A stretch of DNA of 64,000 bases from Macrostomum hystrix (lineage: Eukaryota; Animalia; Platyhelminthes). The position numbers were made by a program, and so were the translations under genes. Of the stretch, positions 1 to 23,341 are shown one piece after another; the first letter of the stretch is position 1; each line of letters begins with the position of its first letter. The notes beneath the pieces are model-generated. The model did not search any database. It saw nothing but the letters and a program-made list of their open reading frames with translations, and had not been told where the DNA came from. The DNA is taken from assembly GCA_950097015.1 (NCBI GenBank), contig CATNEN010000001.1:22196001-22260000 (forward strand), in the 5' to 3' direction.

Positions 1-971
1 CCTATCTCGCAAGAGTTAAAGAAACCACCCAGGAAGCAGCCGATGTAACCGTAAATTGTGCGGAAACCGCCGGAGAATCACCCGAACCAGTGACCCATGG
101 GACAACCAGAGAATTATTTACGGGCGATTCCTCGGCGGTTTCTGAGCATGGAATCTTCCGAACTGGAGGATTCTTTGGGTGATTCCATTTCGCCACCAAG
201 AAGCACCGAGAAACCGCCCAGTTGGATAGATTCTAAGCATGGAATCATCCGATTGGTATGTTTCCAGCGTTCGGCTGTTTCTTTTTCTGGAAACACCGCA
301 GATTCCAACTGGAATCACCCAAAGCAACATCCCTATTTTTTAGCAGGAATTTAGAAATAATTTATATATTTTATTGTAACTGCCAAATTAGACAGCAAAT
401 GATGTAAATCAAAATACTGGCTATGTTGACCTTATAGGCTTGACCAATAAAATCGCATTGTTATTTTCCACTTACAGAAAGCTACAACAATCCCAGCAAA
501 AGAAAACAAAGAGAGTATTTTCAATAATAGAGAACTGGAAGCACAGTACGGCAAAGCAGGCAAATTAAAGGAAAGATAATTATGGTGGTGATGAAAAAAT
601 GAACTGGCAAACGAACACACGAATATCCAGAGAAGCATGCGACAGGGTAGATCCCAGGACCACGCCAAAAAATAACAAAAAGCAACCTCTTATTCTATTC
701 AATCGAGCATACTCAGAAACCAGAGTAGTTAATGATATAACGTTTTATCGTGACATTTTAGAAAAATCATAAACGCAATATAAAATATAAACTGGTGACA
801 CAATGGGATAAAGCAGCAGTTTATTGTCGCTTTCCTTAAGCTCCTAAAATAGTTTCTGATTCTCATATAAAAAAGGAATAAAACTGGGGATTACTGATCA
901 ATTCTTGAATTCGGGCAAGATAAACTATCCACTGTAAGTTGTTAGCTATTTATTCCGATTTCACATCCAAA

Positions 972-11991
<11,020 letters not shown>

Positions 11992-12159
11992 GACAAGAGA
12001 CAGACGATGATGATAGAAGGGCCACTAGGTATAAGGAACACTACCACCAGCTTTCACAGCTGCCGCTTATAAAAATTCCTCTGAAGATGTCTGTTTTAAA
12101 TTTAACCTCGATGCGCAGATTGGATGTAGAACTGCTGAAACGAGATTTTATGATAAATT

Positions 12160-12400
12160 AATAATAATTGATTACACCTGCCCCAATAGGGCCAGATGTG
12201 CAGCCGACAGCACAGCCGCAGCTATTGCGCAGCGCATCTGAAGGCTGTGTACGATTGTTCAGTCCATGGACTGGGGGGGCGCAATGCGAATTAGAGTGTT
12301 TTGCTGATTATAGGATACAAATTGTTTCAGTGACGTTGGGAATCGAACCCCAGATGTTCAAGTCGTAATTCCGACGATCTAACCACTAGACTACAACACT
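12160..12400 (-). mobile_element. SINE family A copy (internally deleted)
   Basis: Reverse complement matches the head and tail of 1628-1930. Confidence 0.7.
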
Positions 12401-12867
12401 ATGTGATAGCGGTTCTTCTGCCGTCAATAATCAAGTAGTGTGTCAAGAGCTTTACAAAATTATAATTCATAACTTAGCAACTTCAATAGTAACTAATTAG
12501 TAAACCTTAAGATTTAGACGTAACTTTTATAGAAAAAAGGACATAAATTAAAAACTTGAGAACTTTCATGCATGTCTGTCAACTAAAGATGTATTTAATA
12601 AGCATTATTCAGAATAGTAAAAGCACAATTTGCCAGTTTATCAATGAAAATGTAGCTTATTAAGTGCTATTATTGAGAGAAAATCTAACCACTGCCTGAA
12701 AGACTATTTTGGTACTACTCGTCTGAGGAGTAGTATGTAATAGGCATTGTCTGAATAATTGATGCTCATGACATTAGATGATGTCGCTGATAATTCTGGA
12801 ATAAGAAATACACGGCATTAAGAATGAATCTCAGAGATGCTTGACGCAGAACCGACATGTAGGCCCA

Positions 12868-14266
12868 TCACTTGCTAACAAACTGCACACTATAGCCACC
12901 GCTATTCGGATCCTGCTGCAGTTTGAAATTGTCCGTAGACAAACCGAACGGCCTCAGTACCAGGTTGCCCAACTGTTTCAACTGGCCCATCATCTCCGCT
13001 TTCAGGCGCTCGTTCTTCTCCGCAATGTCGTTTGGCAGCCTGGCAACCCATTCGCGAGCTGCTCGATTCGCGGCATCGAATTTTAGCACCTCCTGCAGCG
13101 GATTAGATTGAAGAGTTACTAGTTGAGCACTTGATCTGGTTTTCTTATCTTATTCTAAATGGAATTTTAGATACTTTGATGACGCAACAGTTTCGCTGCT
13201 GGAACGCTTAGCTATACTAATCACAATGCCGGATTTCCTACTTTGTAAATCACAGCACAATAAAAATTTATAAATTGTAGGCATACTACGATAATCATAT
13301 TTCAGAAGCTGTTAGTGTTGATGTTCTTAGTTAAAATCTACACTTTCTGTAGTTTTTTTGTAGTTTGCAGGTCCAATAAATTATGTCACCAATAGATCCC
13401 ACTTTTAGATACAGCTGTCAGAACGCTAGAATCCTAAATCCAGATCCCATAAATACCTGATATTCAGTCAGAGCAGCTTCTAAATCATCATCGGCTCGAA
13501 GCAAATCAGCGCGCCGCAGTCGGCACTTGACGTAGGTGGGATCCAATGCCAAAGCGGAGTCGCAGTCAATTAAGGCGGCCTTTCGTCTACGGGTAACAAT
13601 GACCGGCTGCTTTTGTCGATCTCCCAGAGCCGAGGTGGCAGCAGAAGCAGCTTCGTCATCTTCCAATCTCGAAGCTCTGGCGGCGGCATCTGCGGCAGCG
13701 CATTCAGCTAGTCTAGCCCGACAGGCTGCCCGATTGGACATGAGGATGGCTCGCTCCTTAGCTGACCAGGTCTGACCTAGCGGGCACACGGCCAGAGCTG
13801 CTGTATACAGACTGGCAGCTTCAACATAGGCGCAGGAGCCGAATGCTGCATTGCCGCGCGATTTCAATTCCATAGCTTCTGTGCGCTGATTGGCCAGCTC
13901 ACTGTCGGACAAAGCAGCCTCTCTAGCCAATCTGGCTGATCGATCATCGTCGCTCAGTTCGCCAGCCGTGAGCTCCTCGTCATCTCCATCCCGACTGTCG
14001 CCGTCCTGTTTTGGCTGATGTTCAGTCGCCGGATTGGTGTCGCTCTCGCCGAGAGCTTCGGCCACAGCCTGATTGGGTGCGTTGGTATCCAGGCGAGACA
14101 TGAGCTCAGCTGCTTTCTTATCATCGTCCTCATCATCGCTATTGTCCTCATTGGCGCTGCAGAACTCATCGCTGCTGTCGGCAGCCGACTCTGGCCGCTG
14201 ATGATTGGCGGCAAGAGTTGCCTCAGACGAGAACTGTTCGCCGGTTGGCAAATCTGTTTGAGGATC
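12868..14266 (-). CDS. TTC1: Tetratricopeptide repeat protein 1; exons 14266-13457 and 13092-12868; start probably SL-donated
   Basis: Acidic N-terminus; TPRs (LKSRGNAAF...[37 protein letters not shown]); diagnostic C-terminus [42 protein letters not shown]. Confidence 0.9.
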
Positions 14267-16134
14267 CTGAAAGGAGAAGTTTGAAAATGTTTAACAACCA
14301 ATGTCGAGATCTATTGTAGCTTAAGTTCTATATAAAATCTTAGTCCCTAGTGAAAGTTCTGAAAATTTTAGGAACAAACTAAAAATCTGATTTAGAAGAG
14401 AATAGAATAAATGAAAAGTCGGTTAACAATACCCCGCCGATTAATTTCCCTGGCCAGACAAGCGCGCAGAGGCAACTGGTAGAATTTAGCGTTTACTAAG
14501 CGAGACGATAATTGAATTATAAAGCAGATAAATAAGGTTAACTTGCTGATGAATTGCTAAAAAGATCCGGGGGAGCAGCTAACATTGTGCTCACATTTAA
14601 TAAATACGGGTGTCTGACAGACACTGTATGTGAATGACGCTTATAAAGCTAATTTAGCATTGTTGTGACTGCAAGGTGTGAAGCGTGAACACAAGTTGAT
14701 AAAAAAATAAACAAAACAAGGCTTTTTGCTTCAACTCTTTCAAAACAGAATGGCGCCAAATTAGTTTAAAATGAAATAAAACAAACTATTTCATCTACAA
14801 AGCTTAGAATTAGCAAACGAATGACCGGGACCTGTCAAGAGCTGAAAAAACGGATATAGCTAATGGCAAAATAAACTCTAAGAAAAAAAATGACTGGACA
14901 ATAAATAGGATATATTTATATGAAAATCTTGCTGGCCAGACATACTTCAGGAGAAACAATAGACATAATAAACGGACTACACGTATAATAATAAACTACA
15001 CTAAACTGTTTAATGATTAAGCAATAAGACTGATTGAATAAAAAAATACAAACAAGCTCTAAGCCTAGCTTTCTTTAAACACACAGATTTTATTTTAGAA
15101 TTTAAAACACTGAGTGCAAAGCTAGATAAAAGTATAAAAAACCAAACTTTTGCTGTTAAAAATAATTAGCTCATTGTATAAGCTGATGGCTGTACCCAAA
15201 AACGCATTGAGAGTGCAGATAGAATGCTATATTAATTATTTCATCTGCAAACTGAACACACAGTAAACTAGAAATTATGACGCTTCGATGAGAATAAAAT
15301 AAAAAACGGGTCACTATTTTCTGTTGACAACCCGACAATATTTTTTTAATGGATTGATAAAATAAAATTTCTTTATACAAGTTTGTTAAAATGATTGTGC
15401 ACAAACAAATCAAGATTTTTCTCTGACGGGTGCACAGAACAGCGAAGCTAGACGAACAGACACTGCGCTAAACATTTTATAGACAAGCAAAATTAAAAAG
15501 CGAATCGAAGCAAAAAGAGAATCTACATTTTACTCCGGTAGGTGTTTTGTGTAGCGAAGTAAATAGGCGATGATTTAATTATTATATAAGCAAATTGTTG
15601 CATACAAACACAACTGATATTATAAGACGCGGGCAACACAATATGACAGCTTTCTACAAATCTAGAGACTTAAACACAACTTTGAACATGTAAGTGAACA
15701 CCAGTTTATATCTACATAAGTGTTTTTATTTGTCCGCCTTGATGCGACTTCAATAGAAATGGATCACCAATTTTATTCCTTAATCTAGGTTCGCAGTTCT
15801 ATTTTTAGATTGAAATAAAATGGGTGTGGGAATTCCCGCTCTATATTTCCCGCATCTGGTAGCAAAGCACACGCGAAGGGAGTTCCGAGTTATTTTACCT
15901 ATTGAAACTAGCTAGAATACATTAAAACTTCACTAATTTTAAGCTCGCCGGATTTTAGGGTGATTGCTGGGTCACAAACAACAAAGCAAGTCTAAGGAGT
16001 ATATGATCTAAAGGCAAAAAACTAAGAAAGCAACAACATAGAAACAGACTCAAACGAATTTCAGATCATAACTCTGGTTAGTTGATGAAAAACGAATCAC
16101 CAGTATAAAGTCCGTTAACTGTCGATAAAATTCC

Positions 16135-19100
16135 TCAAGCCACCACTGTGCCAATCGGTCCGTCAGCTGCGGCTGAAGCCATCTGCAGCTGGTTGGCCGT
16201 CTGCAACATCCTGGCTGTCTGGTCCTTCACTGACATGGCTTCAAGCCTGGCAGCTGGCGACGGGTACCAGCATTCGGCCATGACTCGGCAGAGCCGGCCT
16301 AGTACAGGGTGCTCCAGCCAGCCAGGCAGGTTTGGCGGCCGAGCGTCAGACGGCGAGCAGACAATGGCCTGCATCTGCTCCAGTGTCGGGTTGGCTGGTA
16401 CTAGGCCATGATAGGGCTGCAGATAGACCTGCTCGGCTGTGACTTGCCTGCAAGTTGTTGCAATATTAATTGCTTATTTGTGCTTTCCAATGAGCTCAAA
16501 ACTTAAAGTCTGTCTAGTGAAGCACTTTAGGTCTAGGCTGAACTAAGGTCAATAGACTCAAACCAAATTTTCAATTAGTAGACCCTTCTCCTACCAGTAA
16601 ATATCTACCTACCCAAGTAGACCCCCAGTCGACTTTTTCAAGCACCTGCAGACTCTTAACCCACTAAACAGTGAAACTATCAGGAGGGAAATTTTACATA
16701 ACCATTTTTTGCTGCACCCGAACGGAGCAACGCAAACACACGAAACTAAAAAACACGGGCCAATTTTTTGTTGCGAATCTTATGAAACACGCATTAAGTC
16801 GCCAGTTCTGCAGACCGTCGAGATATTCAATGGTTCTGGCCGAAGTCTTTTTTCCCATAAGCGCTAAAGTGTACTTAATACACCCCTACACGATTTGGCA
16901 CTGCGCCTCAGTGCGGCGTTGCCAGGGCTTCAAAATGTATTTCTTCATCTTCGTGTTCTGTGATCACCTTTCTTTATCTAGACGGACTGCTGGACCTTCA
17001 AGGGCAACACCAGGTGGAAGTATGCCACAATGGACACCCTGACGCGAATTTCTCCAATTTCACTGGTCAAGCCTGAATATTGTGCACAGCTCGACCACAG
17101 GACACATTCGCCTAGTCTGTGAACCACCTATCACCACACAACGCTGTTAGCATTCGCGCGCTACCAAAAAAATTCAGAGGGGTATCTCCCCTTTAGGTAT
17201 AAAAACGGGCGGCAAAATGGCTTGGTAGTCTTACTGTTAACCTGTAGATTTATTTTAAGCACTTAGCAGGTGAACATTTCTTACCTGTCCGGATCGTGGC
17301 ATCTAGCGGCCAGCTCCCAGAAAACCAGTCCAGCAGCGTACACATCGGCCTTGCGCAGGGCGGTGAAATCTTTAGCATCCTGCGTGCCATTGAGACACTC
17401 AGGGCTCAGATAGCGCCTGGTGCCAACTCGAATGCCGTTGTCGGCCTGCTGCTGCTGCTTGTTCTTGTGCTGCTGCAGTTGAACATCGCCAATGCCGCTA
17501 TCCCCGGCGCTGCTGCCCACACCGAGAGCGCCAATGCCGCCGTTAGCCAGGCCAACAACTGTGCCACCGCGTCCCGGCTGCAGGGCCACGGCGAGGCCGA
17601 AGTCAGCGATGCAGCAGGACAGGTCGGCTTTGACCAGGATATTGTTGGATTTGATATCGCGATGAGCAATAGCCGGCTTGCATTTGACACCTGCTATCTC
17701 GCTGTGCAGATAGGCTAAGCCGCTAGCGATGCTGTGCAGCATTCGAGCCAAGGTGAGCTGATCAACTGTACACCTGGTCAAATAGCTCTGTAGAGATCCA
17801 TTGGCGTGATAGTCGGTAATGAGCCACAGCTGGGTCTCCACGCCAATGTCGATATTGTCTATGGCGATGAAGCCTAGGATGGCATCATGGCGCATGCCGG
17901 GCAGCTCGTAGATGTGACCCTCGGTTGACCAGGAGCTCTCGGCGCGGCTGCTAAATATCTTCACGGCTACCGGGTCATTGCGCCACACTGAGCGAAACAC
18001 CTGCGCGAGTTGGAATTCCAATTAGAACAGCTATGACCAATTCAATAGACAATTGGTACAGATCTGACCAATTCAATAGACAATTGGTACAGATCTGACC
18101 AATTCAATAGACAATTGGTACAGATATGACCAGTTAAATAGACAATTGGTACAGATATGACCAGTTAAATAGACAATTGGTACAGATATGACTAATTCAA
18201 TACAACACGGCTAAAAACCTAATTTAGTCGATAGTCAATTTACCTGGCCAAAGCGACCCTGCCCAATCAGCTCGCGGTGCTCAATCTCTCTTGCGATGGT
18301 GCGCGGCAATAGAATTGGTTGGCCAGATCCGCTGCCAGTCTGAGAATCAACCGAATCAATGACGCCTTCGGTGGAGCGCTGTAGAACTTCAGGCGGCTGG
18401 GGCTGACAGTTCGGCACTACGACACAGCTGCTGTTCCACGATGTTGAAGGCAGCGAATCTCCGGCTGTTCCAACGCCGCTGCTGCCGCCGCCTCCGCTCC
18501 CGCCGCAGCCCAGCTGCTGTGGCTGACTGCCGTGATTCTTGTTGGGCACCGCTATCATTCGCTGGCGTTGCTGATGGCCCTGCATCAGATCGTCGCCACC
18601 GGCCACACCGACGGGCATCGGGCAGTTAAAGGCGCCGCATGACGATGCCGAAACAGACGGAGTAGCCAACGCGGATAATAGCTTTTCGGCGGCAGCGGAA
18701 TCGTTGGCCGCAGCCACGCCGCAGACTGGTCCGTGGTGATGGCCGTAGGAGAATGACAAGCCCGAAGGCGGGGTGCCATCTTCGGGGAAAGGCGGCGAAG
18801 AGCCGCGCTTGAACACCGAGTTCAGACAGCCCGAACCTCCGTCAGAGGCCTGCAGACGATCCCGACCTCGGCTGCAACGCCGCTTCTGCAGCCGATTCCG
18901 ACGATTAGAATAGCAGACGCCCAGTAGGCAGAAGATAAGAGCAAGGCAGGCAAATGCTAGGGCGCACAGGAGTCCGGTTATCACGCCGTTTGAGGCAGAT
19001 AACTGAAATACAGAATTCGCGTGTACTGGGATTCAGGACAAGCTATATCACATTAGACATTGTGGGGAGGAGGATGTAGGATTTATGATTTTTGAAAGTG

Positions 19101-22100
19101 GCCTTGTATAATGATAATACTACTAATTGCAGGACGAATGCGGGTAATAGCATCATTTGGTGACACTCGACCTGCAGCCAGCGAGGAGGCAATTCTGCCC
19201 ATTCCACTGACTTCTGAGCACGCACACACACACACGCAGATACTGTACGCAGTCATACGCTCACACAGGTGCTTATATCTGCCCTGACTTTCGCATCGTC
19301 AGGCACCGTACACTGTGCCTTGGAGTTAGGCCCTCAAAGGGGTAAATTGCACGAGAAGCCCTCAAGCTTTCTCTCCTTAAATGTAACTTACCAAGCTAGG
19401 CTTATTACTCGCGTAATGATCAGACACGCCGGCAGCTTGGTGGGGATAACTCTTCTGCCAGAGGTCGTTAACACCAGCGGCCGAGGCCAGGTAGGATCGC
19501 AAACTAGGGTCTTCAGCATAAGCTGCTAAGAGCTCGTTGGCTCCAACGTTGGCATAAAACGAAGTCTGGTTGAGTCTGGGCGGCAGATTGCAACCAGAGG
19601 GACCATTGCAACAATTGCCATCGGTACCGTGATACATGGTACAGCGAAAGTTGCTTAGGAAATCGGATGTGCCTTTGTCGATGCTACTGCCAGGACTATG
19701 CGGCTGACCAGGAGTGTCAATAAACCGCCTGTTGGAAATTCAAAAGTCATACATAAAAAAATACAAAATTTAATCCCAAGACAGCTGCAGCCACTTTTGA
19801 ATTCTATTAAAATGATTAATCAAAATAAATATAATTTTATAGAAAAGAAATGGATAACTTTTGTTACACTTTTGCAGCTGGGGGGGGACAAATTTGGAGT
19901 TGTTAAGTCACCCAAATATGAAACCATTTTCATTTTATATATTAAATGACAACAGGCGAGGTTGTAGAAATACAATTGGTTGATAAGAAAAACACAATTA
20001 TATAGGATTTTGAAAAGCATAATTTTATTTTACAATATCCCACAATAGAATTAGATTATTTTTAACCCATTATATGATAAAATGGTTGCCTGTTAACATA
20101 ATTTTATCAAAACAAAAACTTCCTGAAATAAAATTAGTATTAGCATATATTAAAGCTATGTGATATACGAGTATATATTGCTTAGTTTGCACCCTTATTC
20201 TAAAAAAATAAATTATATTTAAGTTGTTAGCTACTTCATTCTAAAAACTAAGTATTATCCAGAACTTAAGTTATTTCATTTACTTTTTTCCTCAGGCAAA
20301 ATCAACAATTGGTGTAATATTCAAAATATGGCTATAAAAATTTGAGTACATTGACATACAAGCTTGATTTGGAAACTTTAGAATAAGTTCTGGCCTACAC
20401 TGTACACCTTGACAATCTATAGTCCAGATCATGGCATAGTGAATGTAAAACTAAAGTTGTATGTCAAGAACAACTCTTAATATGCCAACTCCAAAAATGT
20501 TCACTTGAGGGTATACTAATGTGTCAATTCAAAATGACAAAAAATTAAATATTTAAATAAAGAAAAGTGAACTTAGAAGCAGAAAAACTTTTTGGTAAAC
20601 TTTTTAACAAATTATATAATGCTGCTACCCATATTCATATTCATATTCATACAATATGTAGGTCAAAATGTAGTTTATTTAAATAAACACATAGCATATA
20701 TTTTGCTGATGATAACAAAATAGTTTTACAATCTTAAAGAATGCCAATGTAATTTATTTGAAAGCAAGACTAATTCATAATATTAAACAATCACATAAGT
20801 TCACTTGCAACTATGCACTTGTGTATGCCAAGTGGATAGCCATACATTGTCTATACATATGCACCAACTTGAATACTTGATTTTACTTCTACGATTGTAA
20901 GCTAAATTTTATACCAATAGCATTTGAAAAACCAAATGTTTCACTATTTCAGTGTAGAGGCCTTTTTTGGACTATGGTTAACTATGGACTATATACAAAT
21001 AAATTCTATATTGCTATAATGGTATATCAACAGGTCCTAATTAAAGGATAGATAAATAAAATTACATGCATATTAATTGAATCAAGAAAAATAACATTTT
21101 GATCAAAAAAATAGAATTAATTTTATGAATTTACTCAAATTTTAATCAAAGAAGTAATTCTTTTGACTGAAGCTTATCTTTGGACTTTTTAAAATTATGT
21201 AGTTTTTTTTCAACATTGACAATAAATTGCTCATCTTCAAAAATGCAAATTTGCTATATATTTTAAGTAATTAAACTTTTAGGAATTTAGATTGGGCCTA
21301 AGACTATTAAAAATATTTGAATATAATCAAATTTATACTATTTCTTGTCTCTAATAGACATAAAGCCTAGTAAATAAGAAGGAAGTGCTTATTCCCATGG
21401 TCCTGTGCCAATAATTTCAATTTTATCTACACAGATCCGTGCAGATAATTTTCTGCTTATCCACACGACAGCTTGTATGAATAAGTCTACTTTCAAGTCC
21501 CTACGTATTCTTCTCTGAGCATAAGGCTTTTGCTTCAGAGTATAGTATGTAGTGTACACTATCAATGCATAGTGTAAAAAAATAACAATGATGTATAATG
21601 TGTGACGAGTTTGGTGCTGACTAGAATTCTGCTGGTTGACTCGTATGATTTTTTTGATAGATAGACTTCTTACTTTTTAAGTCAATACAATTTGAATAAA
21701 AACACATAACGATGACAAAAGATTAGGTAAGTTGTTATTACATTAATTAAAAAGGATGACATTAATGTCGGTTAGGGTAATGTATCATCAACCAAACAAG
21801 AATGTGTATTTTTTTAACTTCAAACCTAAGCTACAGATTTTCTATTTAAGATATGATGATAAATCAAAAGCCAAGTTATAGAAAACAGTTAAATCTTTCT
21901 AAAAAGTATCTGCTTTTGCTATTTTATCAAATAGAAAAAAGTTTTTCCTGCTTTTTATCTAATACCAAACAATGATTTTCATGTATCTTCAAACCAAACA
22001 GAGAATTTGATGTTAGGGTAGTTTTATAATTTGAGTGAGTGGTTTAATCTTATTTTAAGGAGTGAACTATCATGAATTATGTAATTTGAAAGCATTTTTC

Positions 22101-23341
22101 ATGCTCTATAAATAACTACATTTATGGTCATTTAATTGGCAAGCAACCACATACAATCTTTGTCTAAAGTACATACTGAAAAAATGTTGTTAAAAAGTAT
22201 GCTTTTGCAATAAAAATTTCTACTGAAACAGCAATATCTTTCTTTCTTCTTAATGCTTCATTGCACATTATGCCTCAGCTTGTAGATAATTTCTTCAACT
22301 TTCAAATTAGTTGTTCTGTGAAACATGATAGCTTGTTTCTGTCTTGCACGAGACCAAGGAAAAGGTCAGAATTCTTGTTTGGTTTTGAAGATACACTGAT
22401 CGGTTGATGATACATTACCCTAATGAATATGTAGGTCAAAATGTAGTCTAACACTGTCCTAACACACTGGCAACTTTGTTGATCTATTGGCTCAAGGGTT
22501 CAACAAAACTTTCAAGCCTGAAAGGGCCTCGAAAGAACAGAACTGTGTGGATACAATTTAAATTAACAGCATGGCATATATATATAAAGAGTTTTAGACC
22601 TATTCATACAAGCTGCCATGTGGATAAGCAGAAAATTATCGGCACGGATCCGTGTGGATAAAATTGAAATTATTGGCACGGGACCATGGGAATAAGCTCT
22701 GCCAAATAAGAAGGCACCTTAACTTTTAAAGTTTTACTTGTTGTTTAAGCTTATTTAACAGACTGAGCTTCATAGTTAGTAGTAAAATCTAAACTTAGTT
22801 AAGTAGGATGGACTTACCCAGCAGTGAAAAAGTGAAGAAACTTTTGACTGAGGCCCATGATCTTCAGTGCACCCGTGAATTCATTCTCTTTGCCATGATG
22901 AATTGACTTTAGTTTGCACAATAAGGACAAAACATTATTTTTTGGACCAGCTCGTTCACTTTTATGACAAGGATCTAATGGCTCAAAAATGCAAGCCCAA
23001 GCAATTAAATCAACACGTGGTTCTGGTAAAGTGCGGCACAATGGGTTGTTAAATAAAGGGTGCAGTGTTGCATTAATGCTAGAAACACAGGCGTCTGACA
23101 GCATCAGAGTTCCATTGTATGTGATACACTGCTGCAGCACCAGAAAGTTGATCTGCGCTTTCAAAAACTCATTCCAGGTACTAGAAAAGTTATTTTCGGG
23201 GCTGCACTTTAACTTTCGTAGAGCCTCACTATTAATGTCTTTGTGGGATATAAACTCACGTGGAAAATAAAAACATTGAAGGGAATAGACCGTCGAGACG
23301 GCAATTGAGAGCGAAAGAATTTGAATAACAAGAAAACGCAT
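16135..23341 (-). CDS. TGF-beta/activin type I receptor Ser/Thr kinase (closest to the ALK4/5/7-Babo class); exons 23341-22818, 19728-19392, 19002-18244, 18000-17285, 16447-16135
   Basis: Signal peptide MRFLVIQILSLSIAVSTVYS; Cys box CCNGPSGCN; TM GLLCALAFACLALIFCLLGVCY; GS box TGSGSGQPILLPRTIAREI; GQGRFGQV, VAVKIFSS, L45 loop IDNIDIGVETQLW, AHRDIKSNN, DFG, ECWYPSPAARL. Splice phases are consistent. Confidence 0.88.
16680..16870 (+). repeat. Dispersed repeat (probable non-autonomous DNA element fragment), second copy at about 25870-26065
   Basis: Shared sequence ACCCGAACGGAGCAACGCAAACACACGAAAC...CAGACCGTCGAGATATTCAATGGTTCTGGC. Confidence 0.65.
18033..18200. repeat. 31-bp minisatellite filling receptor intron 3
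   Basis: GACCAATTCAATAGACAATTGGTACAGATCT in about 5 copies. Confidence 0.9.
19125..19375 (-). mobile_element. SINE family B copy (5'-truncated)
   Basis: Matches the body of 34310-34650 (GCAGCCAGCGAGGAGGCAATTCTGCCC...GATACTGTACGCAG). Confidence 0.7.
21381..22703. mobile_element. Non-autonomous TIR DNA transposon, Mutator/MULE-like
   Basis: About 110-bp imperfect TIRs (21381-21489 vs 22595-22703) starting GG(A/C)AG(T/A)GCTTATTCCCATGGTCC, flanked by a perfect 9-bp TSD AAATAAGAA (21372-21380 and 22704-22712). No ORF. Confidence 0.8.

Noticed and set aside
1-350. Short ORFs at the window start
   Set aside because: No recognisable protein; the end TTTTTTAGCAGG looks like a MITE terminus, but the other end is outside the window
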